A stretch of 64,000 bases of DNA from Rhizobiaceae bacterium (GTDB lineage: Bacteria > Pseudomonadota > Alphaproteobacteria > Rhizobiales > Rhizobiaceae): assembly GCA_965216105.1 (NCBI GenBank), contig OZ244147.1, positions 1,032,764 through 1,096,763 of the forward strand. The letters are read 5' to 3'. Positions 1-9,565 of the stretch are shown one piece after another. The notes below the pieces were generated by a model. That model did no database searches and had not been told where the DNA came from. It worked only from the letters and a program-made list of their open reading frames with translations. Each line of letters opens with the position of its first letter. The stretch's first letter is position 1. A program made the position numbers and the translations under genes.

Positions 1-2256
1 CGGTTGCAGCATGTCGAGTTCGTTGAGCAGTTTCTGGAAACGGTCGCGGTCTTCGGCAAGGTCGATCTTGTCCGGCGAGGTGCCAAGGATGGGCACGTCA
101 TGATCGGTCAGGAACTGCGCCAGTTTCAGCGGTGTCTGCCCGCCAAACTGGACGATGACGCCTTTCAACGTTCCGCGTGACTGTTCGACACGGATGATTT
201 CGAGAACGTCTTCAGGGGTTAGCGGTTCGAAATAAAGCCGGTCGGACGTGTCATAGTCGGTCGAGACGGTCTCGGGATTGCAGTTGACCATGATGGTCTC
301 GTAACCCGCATCCTCAAGGGCAAAGGCTGCATGACAGCAGCAATAGTCGAATTCGATCCCCTGGCCGATCCGGTTTGGTCCGCCACCGAGAATCATCACC
401 TTGTCCCGGTCAGAAGGTGCTGCCTCGCTGCGGAACTCACCAGCAAAAGGTTGCTCGTAAGTCGAGTACATGTAGGCCGTTGGGGACGCAAATTCGGCAG
501 CGCAGGTATCAATCCGTTTGAAGACCGGGTGAACCTCAAGTTTGGTCCTGTGTTCTGCCACCTGGCTTTCACTCAGGCCGGCCAGTTCGCCAAGCCTTGC
601 ATCGGAGAAGCCCTGGGCCTTGAGGTTGCGGAAGTTCTCCGCATCCTGGGGAAGTCCGTGTTCGCGAATGCGGCGTTCGGATTCCACGATCTGTCCGAAT
701 TGCTCTATGAACCACGGGTCAAACTTCGAGTAATGGTGCACATCTTCTGCAGACGCACCCTCACGCAACGACTGGGCAACCATCCGCAACCGGTCAGGGG
801 TAGCGGTGCCGAGGGCGGCGCGGATCGCGTTTTTGTCGTCACCTTCACCAATTCCCGGGATGACTATTTCATCAAGACCGGAAAGGCCGGTTTCCAGACC
901 GCGAAGCGCTTTCTGCATGGATTCGGCAAAAGTCCGGCCAATTGCCATGACTTCGCCCACCGATTTCATCGAGGTGGAAAGCTTGGGCTCGCTGCCGGGG
1001 AACTTCTCGAACGCAAACCGGGGAATTTTCGTAACCACATAATCGATTGACGGTTCGAAAGAAGCCGGCGTGGCCCCTCCGGTAATGTCATTGTCCAGTT
1101 CGTCGAGCGTGTATCCGACGGCAAGTCTGGCAGCGACCTTGGCAATCGGGAAGCCGGTTGCTTTGGAAGCAAGCGCGGATGAACGGGACACACGCGGGTT
1201 CATCTCGATCACGACGAGGCGACCATCAGCGGGATTGACCGCGAACTGCACGTTGGAGCCGCCGGTTTCCACGCCGATTTCGCGCAATACCGCAATCGAT
1301 GCATTGCGCATCAACTGGTATTCCTTGTCGGTCAGGGTGAGGGCAGGGGCGACGGTAATCGAGTCACCGGTATGCACGCCCATCGGGTCAACGTTTTCGA
1401 TGGAACAGATAATGATGCAGTTGTCGGCCTTGTCGCGGACGACTTCCATCTCGAACTCTTTCCAGCCGACGATTGATTCCTCAACCAGTACTTCATTGGT
1501 CGGGGATGCGTCGACGCCGCCCAGAACGAGCTTGTAGAGTTCCTCAAGCGTGTAGGCGATGCCGCCGCCTTGTCCGCCGAGGGTGAAGGAGGGGCGCACA
1601 ATTGCCGGAAGGCCGGTAATCTTGGTGGCCTCAAGTGCCTGCATCTGGGCAACCAGACGGTGCTCCTCGATCCGCAGGGTTTCTCCCTTTCGCCATTCGG
1701 CCTCGAACTCTTTTACGCTGTCGCGCCCTTCAGCTTCGGCACGGCCCTTGGCATAGTCATCCTCGAACCGCTTCTTCAATGCGCTTGTATTGACAAATTC
1801 GGAACGCGGGGTTGCCAGTCCGATCTTGTGCATGGCAGCGCGGAACAGGTCACGGTCCTCTGCCTTGTCAATGGCTTCGGCCTTTGCGCCGATCATCTCG
1901 ACATCAAACTTGTCCAGTACACCCATACGGCGCAGGGACAATGCGCAGTTGAGTGCAGTCTGTCCGCCCATGGTCGGCAGCAGGACCAGTTTCTCACCCG
2001 GACGCTCGGTACGCTCTTTCTCGATGATGCGGGCAACCACTTCCGGTGTGATCGGCTCAATATAGGTTGCATGTGCCAGATCCGGGTCGGTCATGATGGT
2101 GGCCGGGTTGGAGTTGACCAGTACGATCCGGTAGCCCTCGTCTTTCAGGGCCTTGCAGGCCTGGGTTCCGGAATAGTCAAACTCACAGGCCTGGCCGATG
2201 ACAATCGGCCCGGCCCCGATGATGAGGACGGTATCTATGTCTTTGCGTGCGGGCAT
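1..2256 (-). CDS. carB: Carbamoyl-phosphate synthase large subunit, N-terminal about 752 codons (C-terminal part lies outside the window)
   Basis: Absent from the ORF track because the frame runs off the left edge. The reverse complement of 2256..1 reads [58 protein letters not shown]... It is still open at position 1 with ...[60 protein letters not shown]. Both stretches are diagnostic CarB sequence. The plus-strand ORFs listed here are antisense artefacts. Confidence 0.95.
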   Translation of the reverse strand, partial: MPARKDIDTVLIIGAGPIVIGQACEFDYSGTQACKALKDEGYRIVLVNSNPATIMTDPDLAHATYIEPITPEVVARIIEKERTERPGEKLVLLPTMGGQTALNCALSLRRMGVLDKFDVEMIGAKAEAIDKAEDRDLFRAAMHKIGLATPRSEFVNTSALKKRFEDDYAKGRAEAEGRDSVKEFEAEWRKGETLRIEEHRLVAQMQALEATKITGLPAIVRPSFTLGGQGGGIAYTLEELYKLVLGGVDASPTNEVLVEESIVGWKEFEMEVVRDKADNCIIICSIENVDPMGVHTGDSITVAPALTLTDKEYQLMRNASIAVLREIGVETGGSNVQFAVNPADGRLVVIEMNPRVSRSSALASKATGFPIAKVAARLAVGYTLDELDNDITGGATPASFEPSIDYVVTKIPRFAFEKFPGSEPKLSTSMKSVGEVMAIGRTFAESMQKALRGLETGLSGLDEIVIPGIGEGDDKNAIRAALGTATPDRLRMVAQSLREGASAEDVHHYSKFDPWFIEQFGQIVESERRIREHGLPQDAENFRNLKAQGFSDARLGELAGLSESQVAEHRTKLEVHPVFKRIDTCAAEFASPTAYMYSTYEQPFAGEFRSEAAPSDRDKVMILGGGPNRIGQGIEFDYCCCHAAFALEDAGYETIMVNCNPETVSTDYDTSDRLYFEPLTPEDVLEIIRVEQSRGTLKGVIVQFGGQTPLKLAQFLTDHDVPILGTSPDKIDLAEDRDRFQKLLNELDMLQP

Positions 2257-2541
2257 GGGCTTGCGGCTTTCGATCTTTCAGGCGTGCTCTTCCGCCTTCG
2301 CGGATAAAGGCAGGCGATACTTGCTGAACATGCGGTATGACAGGCTCTCGGCAGGTTCTATAGAGGAAGCGTGCCGCATGATAAAGGTCTGAATCCCGTG
2401 ATTTTGGGGGAAAATTGTCTCCCGGCAAATTTTGCGGCAGCATTCGGGGCTGCGACATTCCAATCCGCGTCCACCTGCCACATTCGCGTCATGCCCCGCA
2501 GGCATTAGGTATTTGCAGCAATTCAAAAGGAGCCCCTGCCA

Positions 2542-3057
2542 ATGAAACAGTTTCTGACGACCATGATGGCCCTGGCCATGACCCTTTTTGCAAGTGTTGC
2601 GTTTGCCGACCACGTCAAGCTTGGCAATTTGACGATCATGCAGCCCGAGATTCGCGAAACTCCCAAAGAAGCCCCTGTTTCTGCAGGCTACCTGACAATC
2701 AGGAATGACGGGGACGAGGCCGACACGCTTCTTTCTGCAAGTTCGGGTTTTTCAGGCATGGTGCAATTGCACAAGATGGAAGTTGTTGACGGGGTGGCGC
2801 GGATGCGCCCCCAGAAAAACGGTATTCCGATCCCTGCCGGTGGTGAGGTTGTTCTGGAAAATGGCGGACTGCACATCATGTTCATGAAACTCGAGGAGCA
2901 GATGAAGGCCGGTGATCATCACACGGTTAGCCTGACCTTCGAGAAGGCCGGAAAGGTGGATGTTGAGATGCATGTCGTTGCGCTTGATGGCAAGGATCAT
3001 TCGGGCCACGGTGATCATGATGGCGAGAAGAAAGAGCATTCGGACCACAGCCACTAA
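2542..3057 (+). CDS. Periplasmic copper chaperone PCu(A)C (DUF461) with a His-rich C-terminal tail
   Basis: RBS aaaaggag lies upstream of the ATG. Signal peptide MKQFLTTMMALAMTLFASVAFA. H/M-rich PCu(A)C-type motifs GMVQLHKM and LHIMFMKL. Tail DHSGHGDHDGEKKEHSDHSH. Confidence 0.8.
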   Translation: MKQFLTTMMALAMTLFASVAFADHVKLGNLTIMQPEIRETPKEAPVSAGYLTIRNDGDEADTLLSASSGFSGMVQLHKMEVVDGVARMRPQKNGIPIPAGGEVVLENGGLHIMFMKLEEQMKAGDHHTVSLTFEKAGKVDVEMHVVALDGKDHSGHGDHDGEKKEHSDHSH

Positions 3058-3108
3058 ACCTTGCGGTTATTGCCTGCCTGATTGGTAAACCGTGCTTTTC
3101 AAATTTTT

Positions 3109-3140
3109 ACCCGGCCTTTGCAAAAGGGCCGGGTTTTTTA
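3109..3140 (+). terminator. Rho-independent terminator after the PCu(A)C gene
   Basis: Stem CCCGGCC (3110-3116) / GGCCGGG (3127-3133) followed by TTTTTT (3134-3139). Confidence 0.7.
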
Positions 3141-3282
3141 GTTTTGGGTGTGTGATTGCAAGCGAATATCATTGATGGATAAGCTTTGCTTGTTTCGGTC
3201 CGGGTGCTAAGAACAAATGGTCCGGACAACGGGCTTCAGACTGGATCAGATTCCCGCACAGGGAAGGGCAGGAGGTTGCGGC

Positions 3283-4209
3283 ATGCGCTGGAAAGGCCGG
3301 AAACGCAGTACCAACGTAAACGACAATCGCGGGCGCTCCGGCGGCGGTGGTTTTCCCGGTGGCTTTCAAATCCCGATGGGAGGTTCCAGACGCGGAAGCA
3401 GCGGCGGCATGGGAATCGGAACCCTTATCATCATCGGGATTGTGTTGTGGTTTCTCGGCATCAATCCGCTGACATTGCTTGGCGGCGGGCTTGGCGGAGA
3501 CCTGAGCGGCGGATTTGCACCGCAGACCCAGTCACCCCGCACCCAGAACGCTCCGCGCAATACGGGCAATGACCAGCAGAAAGCGTTCATCGAAACCATT
3601 TTGGGTTCAACCGAGCAGGTCTGGACCAAGGTGTTTTCCGATTACGGCAAGAAATACCCGAAGCCCGAGCTTGTACTCTTTTCTTCCCAGGTTCGATCGG
3701 CCTGTGGTCTGGCGTCTTCGGCCAGCGGGCCGTTTTATTGTCCGGGCGACAGCAAGGTCTATATCGACCTTTCCTTCTATCGTGAACTGGAAACGAAATT
3801 TGGTGCCGGTGGTGATTTTGCAGAAGCCTATGTGCTGGCCCACGAGGTGGGACACCATGTCCAGAACATCATTGGTGTTTTGCCGCAGTTCAACCGGATG
3901 CGCAGTTCGATGGGCAAGCTGGAAGTCAACCAGATGTCTGTAAAGGTTGAATTGCAGGCCGACTGTTTTGCCGGTGTCTGGGGGCATTATGTCAACCGCG
4001 AAGGCTGGCTTGAGGCAGGAGACCTGGAAGAGGCGCTGGTCGCTGCAAACCAGATTGGCGATGATGCAATCCAGAAACGTACACAAGGGTATGTTGTGCC
4101 GGAGAGCTTCAATCATGGAACCTCGGAGCAACGTCGCCGTTGGTTCCGCAAAGGGTTTGACACTGGCCGCGTAGAAAGCTGCGATACGTTCAAGGCACGC
4201 GAGTTGTGA
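3283..4209 (+). CDS. ypfJ: Membrane-anchored neutral zinc metallopeptidase, YpfJ family
   Basis: Start chosen at ATG 3283 (MRWKGRKRSTNVNDNRG...), preceded by GGAGG at 3271-3275. Gly-rich N-terminus plus a TM segment (GIGTLIIIGIVLWFLGI). HEVGHH zinc motif. The overall layout matches YpfJ / Zn_peptidase PF04228. Confidence 0.85.
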   Translation: MRWKGRKRSTNVNDNRGRSGGGGFPGGFQIPMGGSRRGSSGGMGIGTLIIIGIVLWFLGINPLTLLGGGLGGDLSGGFAPQTQSPRTQNAPRNTGNDQQKAFIETILGSTEQVWTKVFSDYGKKYPKPELVLFSSQVRSACGLASSASGPFYCPGDSKVYIDLSFYRELETKFGAGGDFAEAYVLAHEVGHHVQNIIGVLPQFNRMRSSMGKLEVNQMSVKVELQADCFAGVWGHYVNREGWLEAGDLEEALVAANQIGDDAIQKRTQGYVVPESFNHGTSEQRRRWFRKGFDTGRVESCDTFKAREL

Positions 4210-4258
4210 ACCGGCGGGTTGGCCAGACCCATAACCGTGACTGTGGTGAGGGCCGTGG

Positions 4259-4795
4259 ATGGGAGTCCTTTCAAAAAGCTGGACGCTGACCTTGACTGCA
4301 GGAGGTCTTGCCGCGCTTGGACAGTTTCCCGAATTTGCCCAGCAATATCGCCAGCATCTTGAAGGTGGCATTGGTGAATTGCAGACGGTGGTCGAGGATT
4401 TTGACCGGGATGCCGCCTCTGTCCAGCAGGACCGTGACAACGCATTGCGGATCATGGAACGGTCTGCGGAAGAGTTTTCCCGAAAACGTGGCCAATCCAT
4501 GCGTGTTGCGATTTCGCGATATGAAAATCTTGTGGAACAGAAAACCGAACTGGATGCAGCCAGTCCGATGATGCGTCCTCTCCATGTTTTGCAATATCCC
4601 GATCCGAAAATCATGGAAGGTACGTGGAGAATTTTCGAACCGGCACTGCCCCTTACCCCGGCCGGGCTGGCATGGTCCGGAATTGGTGCGCTTTTCGCCT
4701 GGTTGCTTGCACGGCTGCCCGTCGGGATGTGGCGCCGACGGAAAGAAAGACGTGCCAATCCTGCGAACTGGTCAAGCGCAAACCTGCCCCGGTAA
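4259..4795 (+). CDS. DUF2937-like membrane protein
   Basis: 178 aa. N-terminal hydrophobic segment followed by FPEFAQQYRQHL, which I recall as typical of DUF2937. C-terminal TM segment and a basic tail. The family call is from memory only. Confidence 0.55.
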   Translation: MGVLSKSWTLTLTAGGLAALGQFPEFAQQYRQHLEGGIGELQTVVEDFDRDAASVQQDRDNALRIMERSAEEFSRKRGQSMRVAISRYENLVEQKTELDAASPMMRPLHVLQYPDPKIMEGTWRIFEPALPLTPAGLAWSGIGALFAWLLARLPVGMWRRRKERRANPANWSSANLPR

Positions 4796-5120
4796 ACCAG
4801 GTTACCGGGGTTTGCCTAAATGCAGTTTTTGGACTTTGCAGCTTAAATCGCGGGAGACTGTCACAAAGCGACAAGTGAACTCTGGCTGCACTTGGCCTTG
4901 CAAGGGTCAGCCGGTGTTGTTGTGTCTGTCATGGCTGCATCGGGTTTGATATTGCCGGGTTCCGCCGGACGACGGGCGATCATGGACAGGGCCCGTCCCA
5001 GGGACGGCGACATTTGTGCGACAGGTGTATTGTTGTTGTTCTGATGCATTGCACTGATTCCGCTAGCTTTTGACGAAGCGTATTTAGTTACGAAAAGCCG
5101 GCAGGAAAAGGTTCATCCGA

Positions 5121-6038
5121 TCACATATTTCTGATCGGCTGAAAACGGCTGCGATTTTGCCCCTTGGTGAGTGGAAATTTGCGAATCGAATTCGAAACCT
5201 GCTTGGCAAGTATGGGCCAGATGTCCCGGTTGCGGGAGGAGAAAATTCCGATATGGCCCACCTCTTTCAGACCAAGGTAAGTCGGCTCGATGCAAGTGTA
5301 GGAGGTCAGGGCATCCGGGAAATATCGTGCAAGTTGCTGCACCTTGAAAGGCGGGATCATGTGATCGTCTGACGTTGAAACCAGGTGCACGGGCACGGCT
5401 ATCCTGCCGGGTTCCGGCCTGTTGATTTTTTTACCCCAGTCAATTTCGTAAAATGACGGATTTGTGCACCACCTGCGCCATTGCCAGTAGACATTGGCGG
5501 GCAAGTCGCTTTTCAGCCCGATCAGTTTTCCGGGAAAATATCCGAAAAGGCGGGTCGCCAACGGCCCGAGAAGGAACCAGAACATGATTACCTGTGGCAT
5601 GAACCAAAGCGGGTGGTCTTTCCAGTATGCCGGACCTGCATTGACTGCCGTATGGGTTGCAACCCGGTTTGCCTGTTTGTGAAAAGGCAGGCACATGCCG
5701 CCCAGTGAATGGCCAATGGTATGCAGGGGCAGGTGCGGATAATTCCCAAGCATGTATTCAAGGGCGGTGGTTTGGTCGTCCACGCCCCAGTCACTCATGG
5801 AAACCCGGGAAGCGCGAAGTTTCTGCGGAGCCTTCAGGTCGCTGTCCCGATACGCGTAAATGAGCACATGGCATTGGTGGTGATTGCCAAGCCAGGCAGC
5901 GAACTTGCGGTAGTAACCCATCGGAACACCGGTTGCACCGTGAACGACAACCGTGGCGGCCGGAGCCTGGTGAAGGTGGATTTCGCCTTTGATACATCCG
6001 CCGTCAGCCGTTTTCATCCTTACTGTTTCAATGGTCAT
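5121..6038 (-). CDS. Alpha/beta-fold hydrolase
   Basis: 305 aa with the nucleophile elbow GHSLGG. Divergent from a TetR gene. Confidence 0.75.
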   Translation of the reverse strand: MTIETVRMKTADGGCIKGEIHLHQAPAATVVVHGATGVPMGYYRKFAAWLGNHHQCHVLIYAYRDSDLKAPQKLRASRVSMSDWGVDDQTTALEYMLGNYPHLPLHTIGHSLGGMCLPFHKQANRVATHTAVNAGPAYWKDHPLWFMPQVIMFWFLLGPLATRLFGYFPGKLIGLKSDLPANVYWQWRRWCTNPSFYEIDWGKKINRPEPGRIAVPVHLVSTSDDHMIPPFKVQQLARYFPDALTSYTCIEPTYLGLKEVGHIGIFSSRNRDIWPILAKQVSNSIRKFPLTKGQNRSRFQPIRNM

Positions 6039-6120
6039 TTGGCTGGTTCCTGTTATTCTATGGTGATCACCCTAGAATAAATTCTGTAGACCGGTCAACA
6101 TAGTTTTGCTATCCGGACAC

Positions 6121-6702
6121 ATGCCAAGACGTTCCGATGCCAAAAACAAGATGATAAAAACCGCGCTCCTGCTCTTTCGCGAGAAGGGGTATCATGGTGT
6201 GGGACTGGCAGAAATCCTTGAACAAAGCGGAGCGCCAAAAGGCAGCTTCTACCACCATTTTCCCGGTGGAAAACAGGAACTCGCCCTGGCGGTTCTTGAT
6301 GCAGCAAACAGGTTCATGCTCCGGCTGATCGACAATGCTTTCGAAAATGCAGGAACCGTTGAAGCGGCTGTTGATGCCGTTATTGACGATATTGTGGAGC
6401 TTGCCGCAAGTGAGAAGTTTTCACTCGGCTGCCCGGTAACGTCCTTTTCGGTGGAACTGACGCGGGAAGATGGTGAAATCCGGAAGCGGGCCGATACCGT
6501 TCTTCGTGGATGGGTTCAGCGGATGGTGGAGCAGTTGGAGCCGTTTTCCCCGGACCAGGATGAGCTGAAACGTTACACTGAGGTGTTCCGGGCTGTGCTA
6601 ACCACCATTGAAGGCGGCTGGATCGTCTCGCAAATCCAGAAATCTGCCGAACCGCTGCTTATTGCCAAACAGGTGTTCCGGAGCATGGACAAGCTACAGT
6701 AG
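6121..6702 (+). CDS. TetR/AcrR family transcriptional regulator
   Basis: N-terminal HTH KTALLLFREKGYHGVGLAEILEQSGAPKGSFYHHFPGGKQEL. Start placed at ATG 6121; the TTG at 6106 is also possible. Confidence 0.85.
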   Translation: MPRRSDAKNKMIKTALLLFREKGYHGVGLAEILEQSGAPKGSFYHHFPGGKQELALAVLDAANRFMLRLIDNAFENAGTVEAAVDAVIDDIVELAASEKFSLGCPVTSFSVELTREDGEIRKRADTVLRGWVQRMVEQLEPFSPDQDELKRYTEVFRAVLTTIEGGWIVSQIQKSAEPLLIAKQVFRSMDKLQ

Positions 6703-6715
6703 CCGGTTCTCTGCG

Positions 6716-7912
6716 TTACGCCGGTGTTGTTGCGCCCTTGTGTTCATGAACCAGATCAAGGAACCGCTTGAACAGGTAATGGCTGTCCTGCGGGCCGGGG
6801 GAGGCTTCCGGATGGTGTTGTACGGAAAAGACGGGCTTGCCGTCCACCGCAAGGCCGCAATTCGAACCATCGAAAAGCGATACATGGGTTTCCGTTACGC
6901 CCTCAGGCAGGCTCTGGCTGTCAACGGCAAAGCCGTGATTCATCGAAACGATTTCCACCTTGCCCGTGGTATGGTCCTTGACCGGGTGGTTGGCGCCGTG
7001 ATGGCCCTGATGCATTTTCACGGTTTTGGCGCCCAGCGCGAGTGCCAGCATCTGGTGGCCGAGACATATGCCGAATACCGGGATGCCACTTTCCAGAATG
7101 CCCTGGATTGCCTTGACTGAGTATTCGCCAGTAGCTGCCGGATCACCCGGGCCGTTGGACAGGAATACGCCGTCCGGACCAAGCGCCAGCACATCCTCGG
7201 CAGAAGTCGTCGCAGGGACAATCGTGATGCGGCAGCCAAGTCCTGCCATCAGCCTCAGGATATTGCGCTTGATGCCGAAATCAATCGCTACAATATGGTA
7301 TTCAGGATCCTTGCCTTCGCCATATCCATCGTTCCACACCCAGGGTGTCTGGGTCCAAGCCTGTTTCTGGCCGTGGCCAACGACTTTCGCGAGGTCAAGA
7401 CCTTCCAGACCGGACCATTGGGCAGCCTGTTCCTTCAATGCAGGAATGTCAAACTTGCCATCGGGGTTGTGGGCGATGACACAATTCGCCAATCCCTTGT
7501 CGCGGATCAGGGCTGTCAGTGCACGGGTATCAATGCCGCACAGGCCAATGATGCCACGGGATTTCAGCCACTGGTCGAGATGTCCGGCAGAACGATAGTT
7601 TGACGGGTTGGTCAGGTCGGCCTTGAAAACCGCCCCGACAGCCGCTTTCGGATCGTCGGCCTGAAGCGTTTCGAGATCTTCGTCATTGGCGCCGACATTT
7701 CCGATATGGGGGAAGGTGAAGGTTATCACCTGGCCCGCATAGGAAGGGTCTGTGAGGATTTCCTGATATCCGGTAATTGCCGTGTTGAAGCAGATCTCGG
7801 CAACGGCGCTGCCGGTGGCTCCGCATCCCTTGCCTTCTATGACAGTACCGTCGGCCAGTACGATGATTGCTGTCGGGGTTTCCCGGGTCCATGGTGCGGT
7901 AGTGTTGGTCAT
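6716..7912 (-). CDS. carA: Carbamoyl-phosphate synthase small (glutaminase) subunit
   Basis: Start placed at the internal ATG 7912 ([29 protein letters not shown]...). GATase nucleophile motif FGICLGHQ. Typical CarA N-domain. Confidence 0.95.
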   Translation of the reverse strand: MTNTTAPWTRETPTAIIVLADGTVIEGKGCGATGSAVAEICFNTAITGYQEILTDPSYAGQVITFTFPHIGNVGANDEDLETLQADDPKAAVGAVFKADLTNPSNYRSAGHLDQWLKSRGIIGLCGIDTRALTALIRDKGLANCVIAHNPDGKFDIPALKEQAAQWSGLEGLDLAKVVGHGQKQAWTQTPWVWNDGYGEGKDPEYHIVAIDFGIKRNILRLMAGLGCRITIVPATTSAEDVLALGPDGVFLSNGPGDPAATGEYSVKAIQGILESGIPVFGICLGHQMLALALGAKTVKMHQGHHGANHPVKDHTTGKVEIVSMNHGFAVDSQSLPEGVTETHVSLFDGSNCGLAVDGKPVFSVQHHPEASPGPQDSHYLFKRFLDLVHEHKGATTPA

Positions 7913-8124
7913 GGGGTCGCGTTCCGTTGCGCGCGGGCTTGCCCGGCTTCGAAGGGTGGCTTGATTACAGGTTATCAGCGGAAAATAGTGGATGGCCCTG
8001 ACAGGGTCAACCATTTGAGAAATATATATAATTCAATAGAATCATGAACTTGGCGAGGTTTCCACCGTTGCTTCGGGGTCGCTGAGGCGCTAAGTTCCCG
8101 GCTTGGGAAAAATCCGGAGCTACC

Positions 8125-8577
8125 ATGCGCGATAAAATCACCGAGCAGATGAAGCAGGCCATGAAGGACAAGGACACGCGCCGAACGGCCACACTTCGCC
8201 TTGTCAACGCAGCGATCAAGGAGCGGGACATTGCCTTGCGCGGCAAGGGCAAGGACAAGGCAGACGAGGATGAGGTGCTTGATATTCTCACCAAGATGGT
8301 GAAGCAGCGCGAGGAATCTTCGAAAATGTATCGTGAGGCCGGGCGCAGCGAACTGGAGCAACAGGAGCTTGAGGAAATCGAGATCATTCGAGAGTTTCTG
8401 CCGCGCCAGCTTTCTGCGGAAGAATCGGAGAAGGCCGTTGACCAGGCTATCAGCGAAACGGGGGCGGCCTCGCTGCGTGACATGGGCAAGGTCATGGGTG
8501 TTCTCAAGGAACGGTACCGGGGCCAACTGGACATGGGGGTAGTCGGGCCGATGGTGAAATCAAGGCTGGGTGCGTAG
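8125..8577 (+). CDS. yqeY: GatB/YqeY domain protein
   Basis: 150 aa beginning MRDKITEQMKQAMKDKDTRRTATLRLVNAAIKERDI..., typical YqeY. It sits in the conserved position between carA and dnaG. Confidence 0.9.
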   Translation: MRDKITEQMKQAMKDKDTRRTATLRLVNAAIKERDIALRGKGKDKADEDEVLDILTKMVKQREESSKMYREAGRSELEQQELEEIEIIREFLPRQLSAEESEKAVDQAISETGAASLRDMGKVMGVLKERYRGQLDMGVVGPMVKSRLGA

Positions 8578-8645
8578 GGCAATGTCGACAACACTGTTTC
8601 AGGGGTCGGCGAGCCGCAAGGCCTGAGCTTCCGGGGAGGTGATCC

Positions 8646-9539
8646 TTGACGCGTGCAAGAGCGATTTTTCTGGTTTTGGCCGGAGCGACCCTGATGAGTT
8701 TCGTCGGGTTGTTGCTGCGCCTGATCGAGAATGCCGATGCGTTCCAGATCATGGTTTACCGTTCGGTTTCCCTTGCTGCAATGGTCGCCGTTTTTGCATG
8801 CATTCGCCGAAGAGTGGGGTTCCTGGCATTTCTCGGATCGATTGACCGGGGTTCTGTCCTGATCGGTCTGCTGCTTGGCATTGCCTTCAGCTTCTACGTA
8901 TATGCGTTGCTGAATACCAGCATTGCCAGTGCCCTGTTCCTGCTTTCCTCGTCCCCAGTCTTTGCGGCAATGCTTGCCTGGATCGTTCTGCGTGAACGCC
9001 CTTCAAAGGTGACCTGGATGGCGCTTGTTCTGGCGATTTTCGGTGTCGCGATCATGGTTGCAGACGGGTTTGAAACCGGCGGAACAACCGGAAACATGTT
9101 TGCCCTGATTTCCGCTTTCTGTTTTGCCGGCATGCTGGTTGCCATCCGCTATCTTGGGCGGGAAGAGCCTTTGGGTGGAACGTTCCTGGGTGGCATTTTT
9201 GCCTGCCTGATGAATGTCGCCCTGGTTATAGGGCTTGGTTCGACACTTGCTATCGGTTCCTGGGATCTTGGCCTGAGCCTTTTCATGGGGGCATTCACCA
9301 TTGGGCTAGGCATTGCCTGTGTTACCCTAGCCGCGACACATCTCCCGTCGTCCGAGGTCAGTGTTCTTGTTCTGCTGGAAAGCGTGTTGGGGCCAATCTG
9401 GGTTTGGGCTTTTCTGGGTGAAACAACGACAGTCAATGTAGTTATCGGCGGTGTCGTTGTTCTGGCTGCGGTGATCCTGCAAACCATCGGCGGACGCGCG
9501 CCCGTGCCACCAGCGCCGCTTGGCAATGTGCCGAGCTGA
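8646..9539 (+). CDS. EamA/DMT-family transporter
   Basis: 297 aa, about ten hydrophobic segments in two EamA-like halves. TTG start 6 nt after GGAGG (8635-8639). Confidence 0.8.
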   Translation: MTRARAIFLVLAGATLMSFVGLLLRLIENADAFQIMVYRSVSLAAMVAVFACIRRRVGFLAFLGSIDRGSVLIGLLLGIAFSFYVYALLNTSIASALFLLSSSPVFAAMLAWIVLRERPSKVTWMALVLAIFGVAIMVADGFETGGTTGNMFALISAFCFAGMLVAIRYLGREEPLGGTFLGGIFACLMNVALVIGLGSTLAIGSWDLGLSLFMGAFTIGLGIACVTLAATHLPSSEVSVLVLLESVLGPIWVWAFLGETTTVNVVIGGVVVLAAVILQTIGGRAPVPPAPLGNVPS

Positions 9540-9565
9540 ACGGTCAGACTTTCTTTTTGTGGCGG

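Noticed and set aside
331-2307. Plus-strand ORFs of 155-245 aa listed over the first 2.3 kb
   Set aside because: They lie antisense to an unmistakable carB reading frame (minus strand, 2256..1). Their translations are low-complexity Ala/Arg/Ser/Pro-rich with no recognisable motifs.
4861-5049. 62-aa minus-strand ORF in the 325-nt gap between the DUF2937-like gene and the hydrolase gene
   Set aside because: Low-complexity sequence, weak or no RBS and no recognisable family. The evidence is insufficient to call a gene.
2257-6715. Separation of carB from carA by five unrelated genes as a rearrangement or insertion
   Set aside because: A split carA/carB arrangement, with carA next to yqeY-dnaG-rpoD, is the usual layout in alphaproteobacteria as far as I know. 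There are no mobile-element hallmarks at the boundaries.
7990-8050. AT-rich patch (atatatataattcaatagaatcat) upstream of carA as a possible ARG box / ArgR operator
   Set aside because: Only one half-site resembles TGAAT-N4-ATTCA. There is no convincing palindrome, so it is probably just promoter AT-richness.
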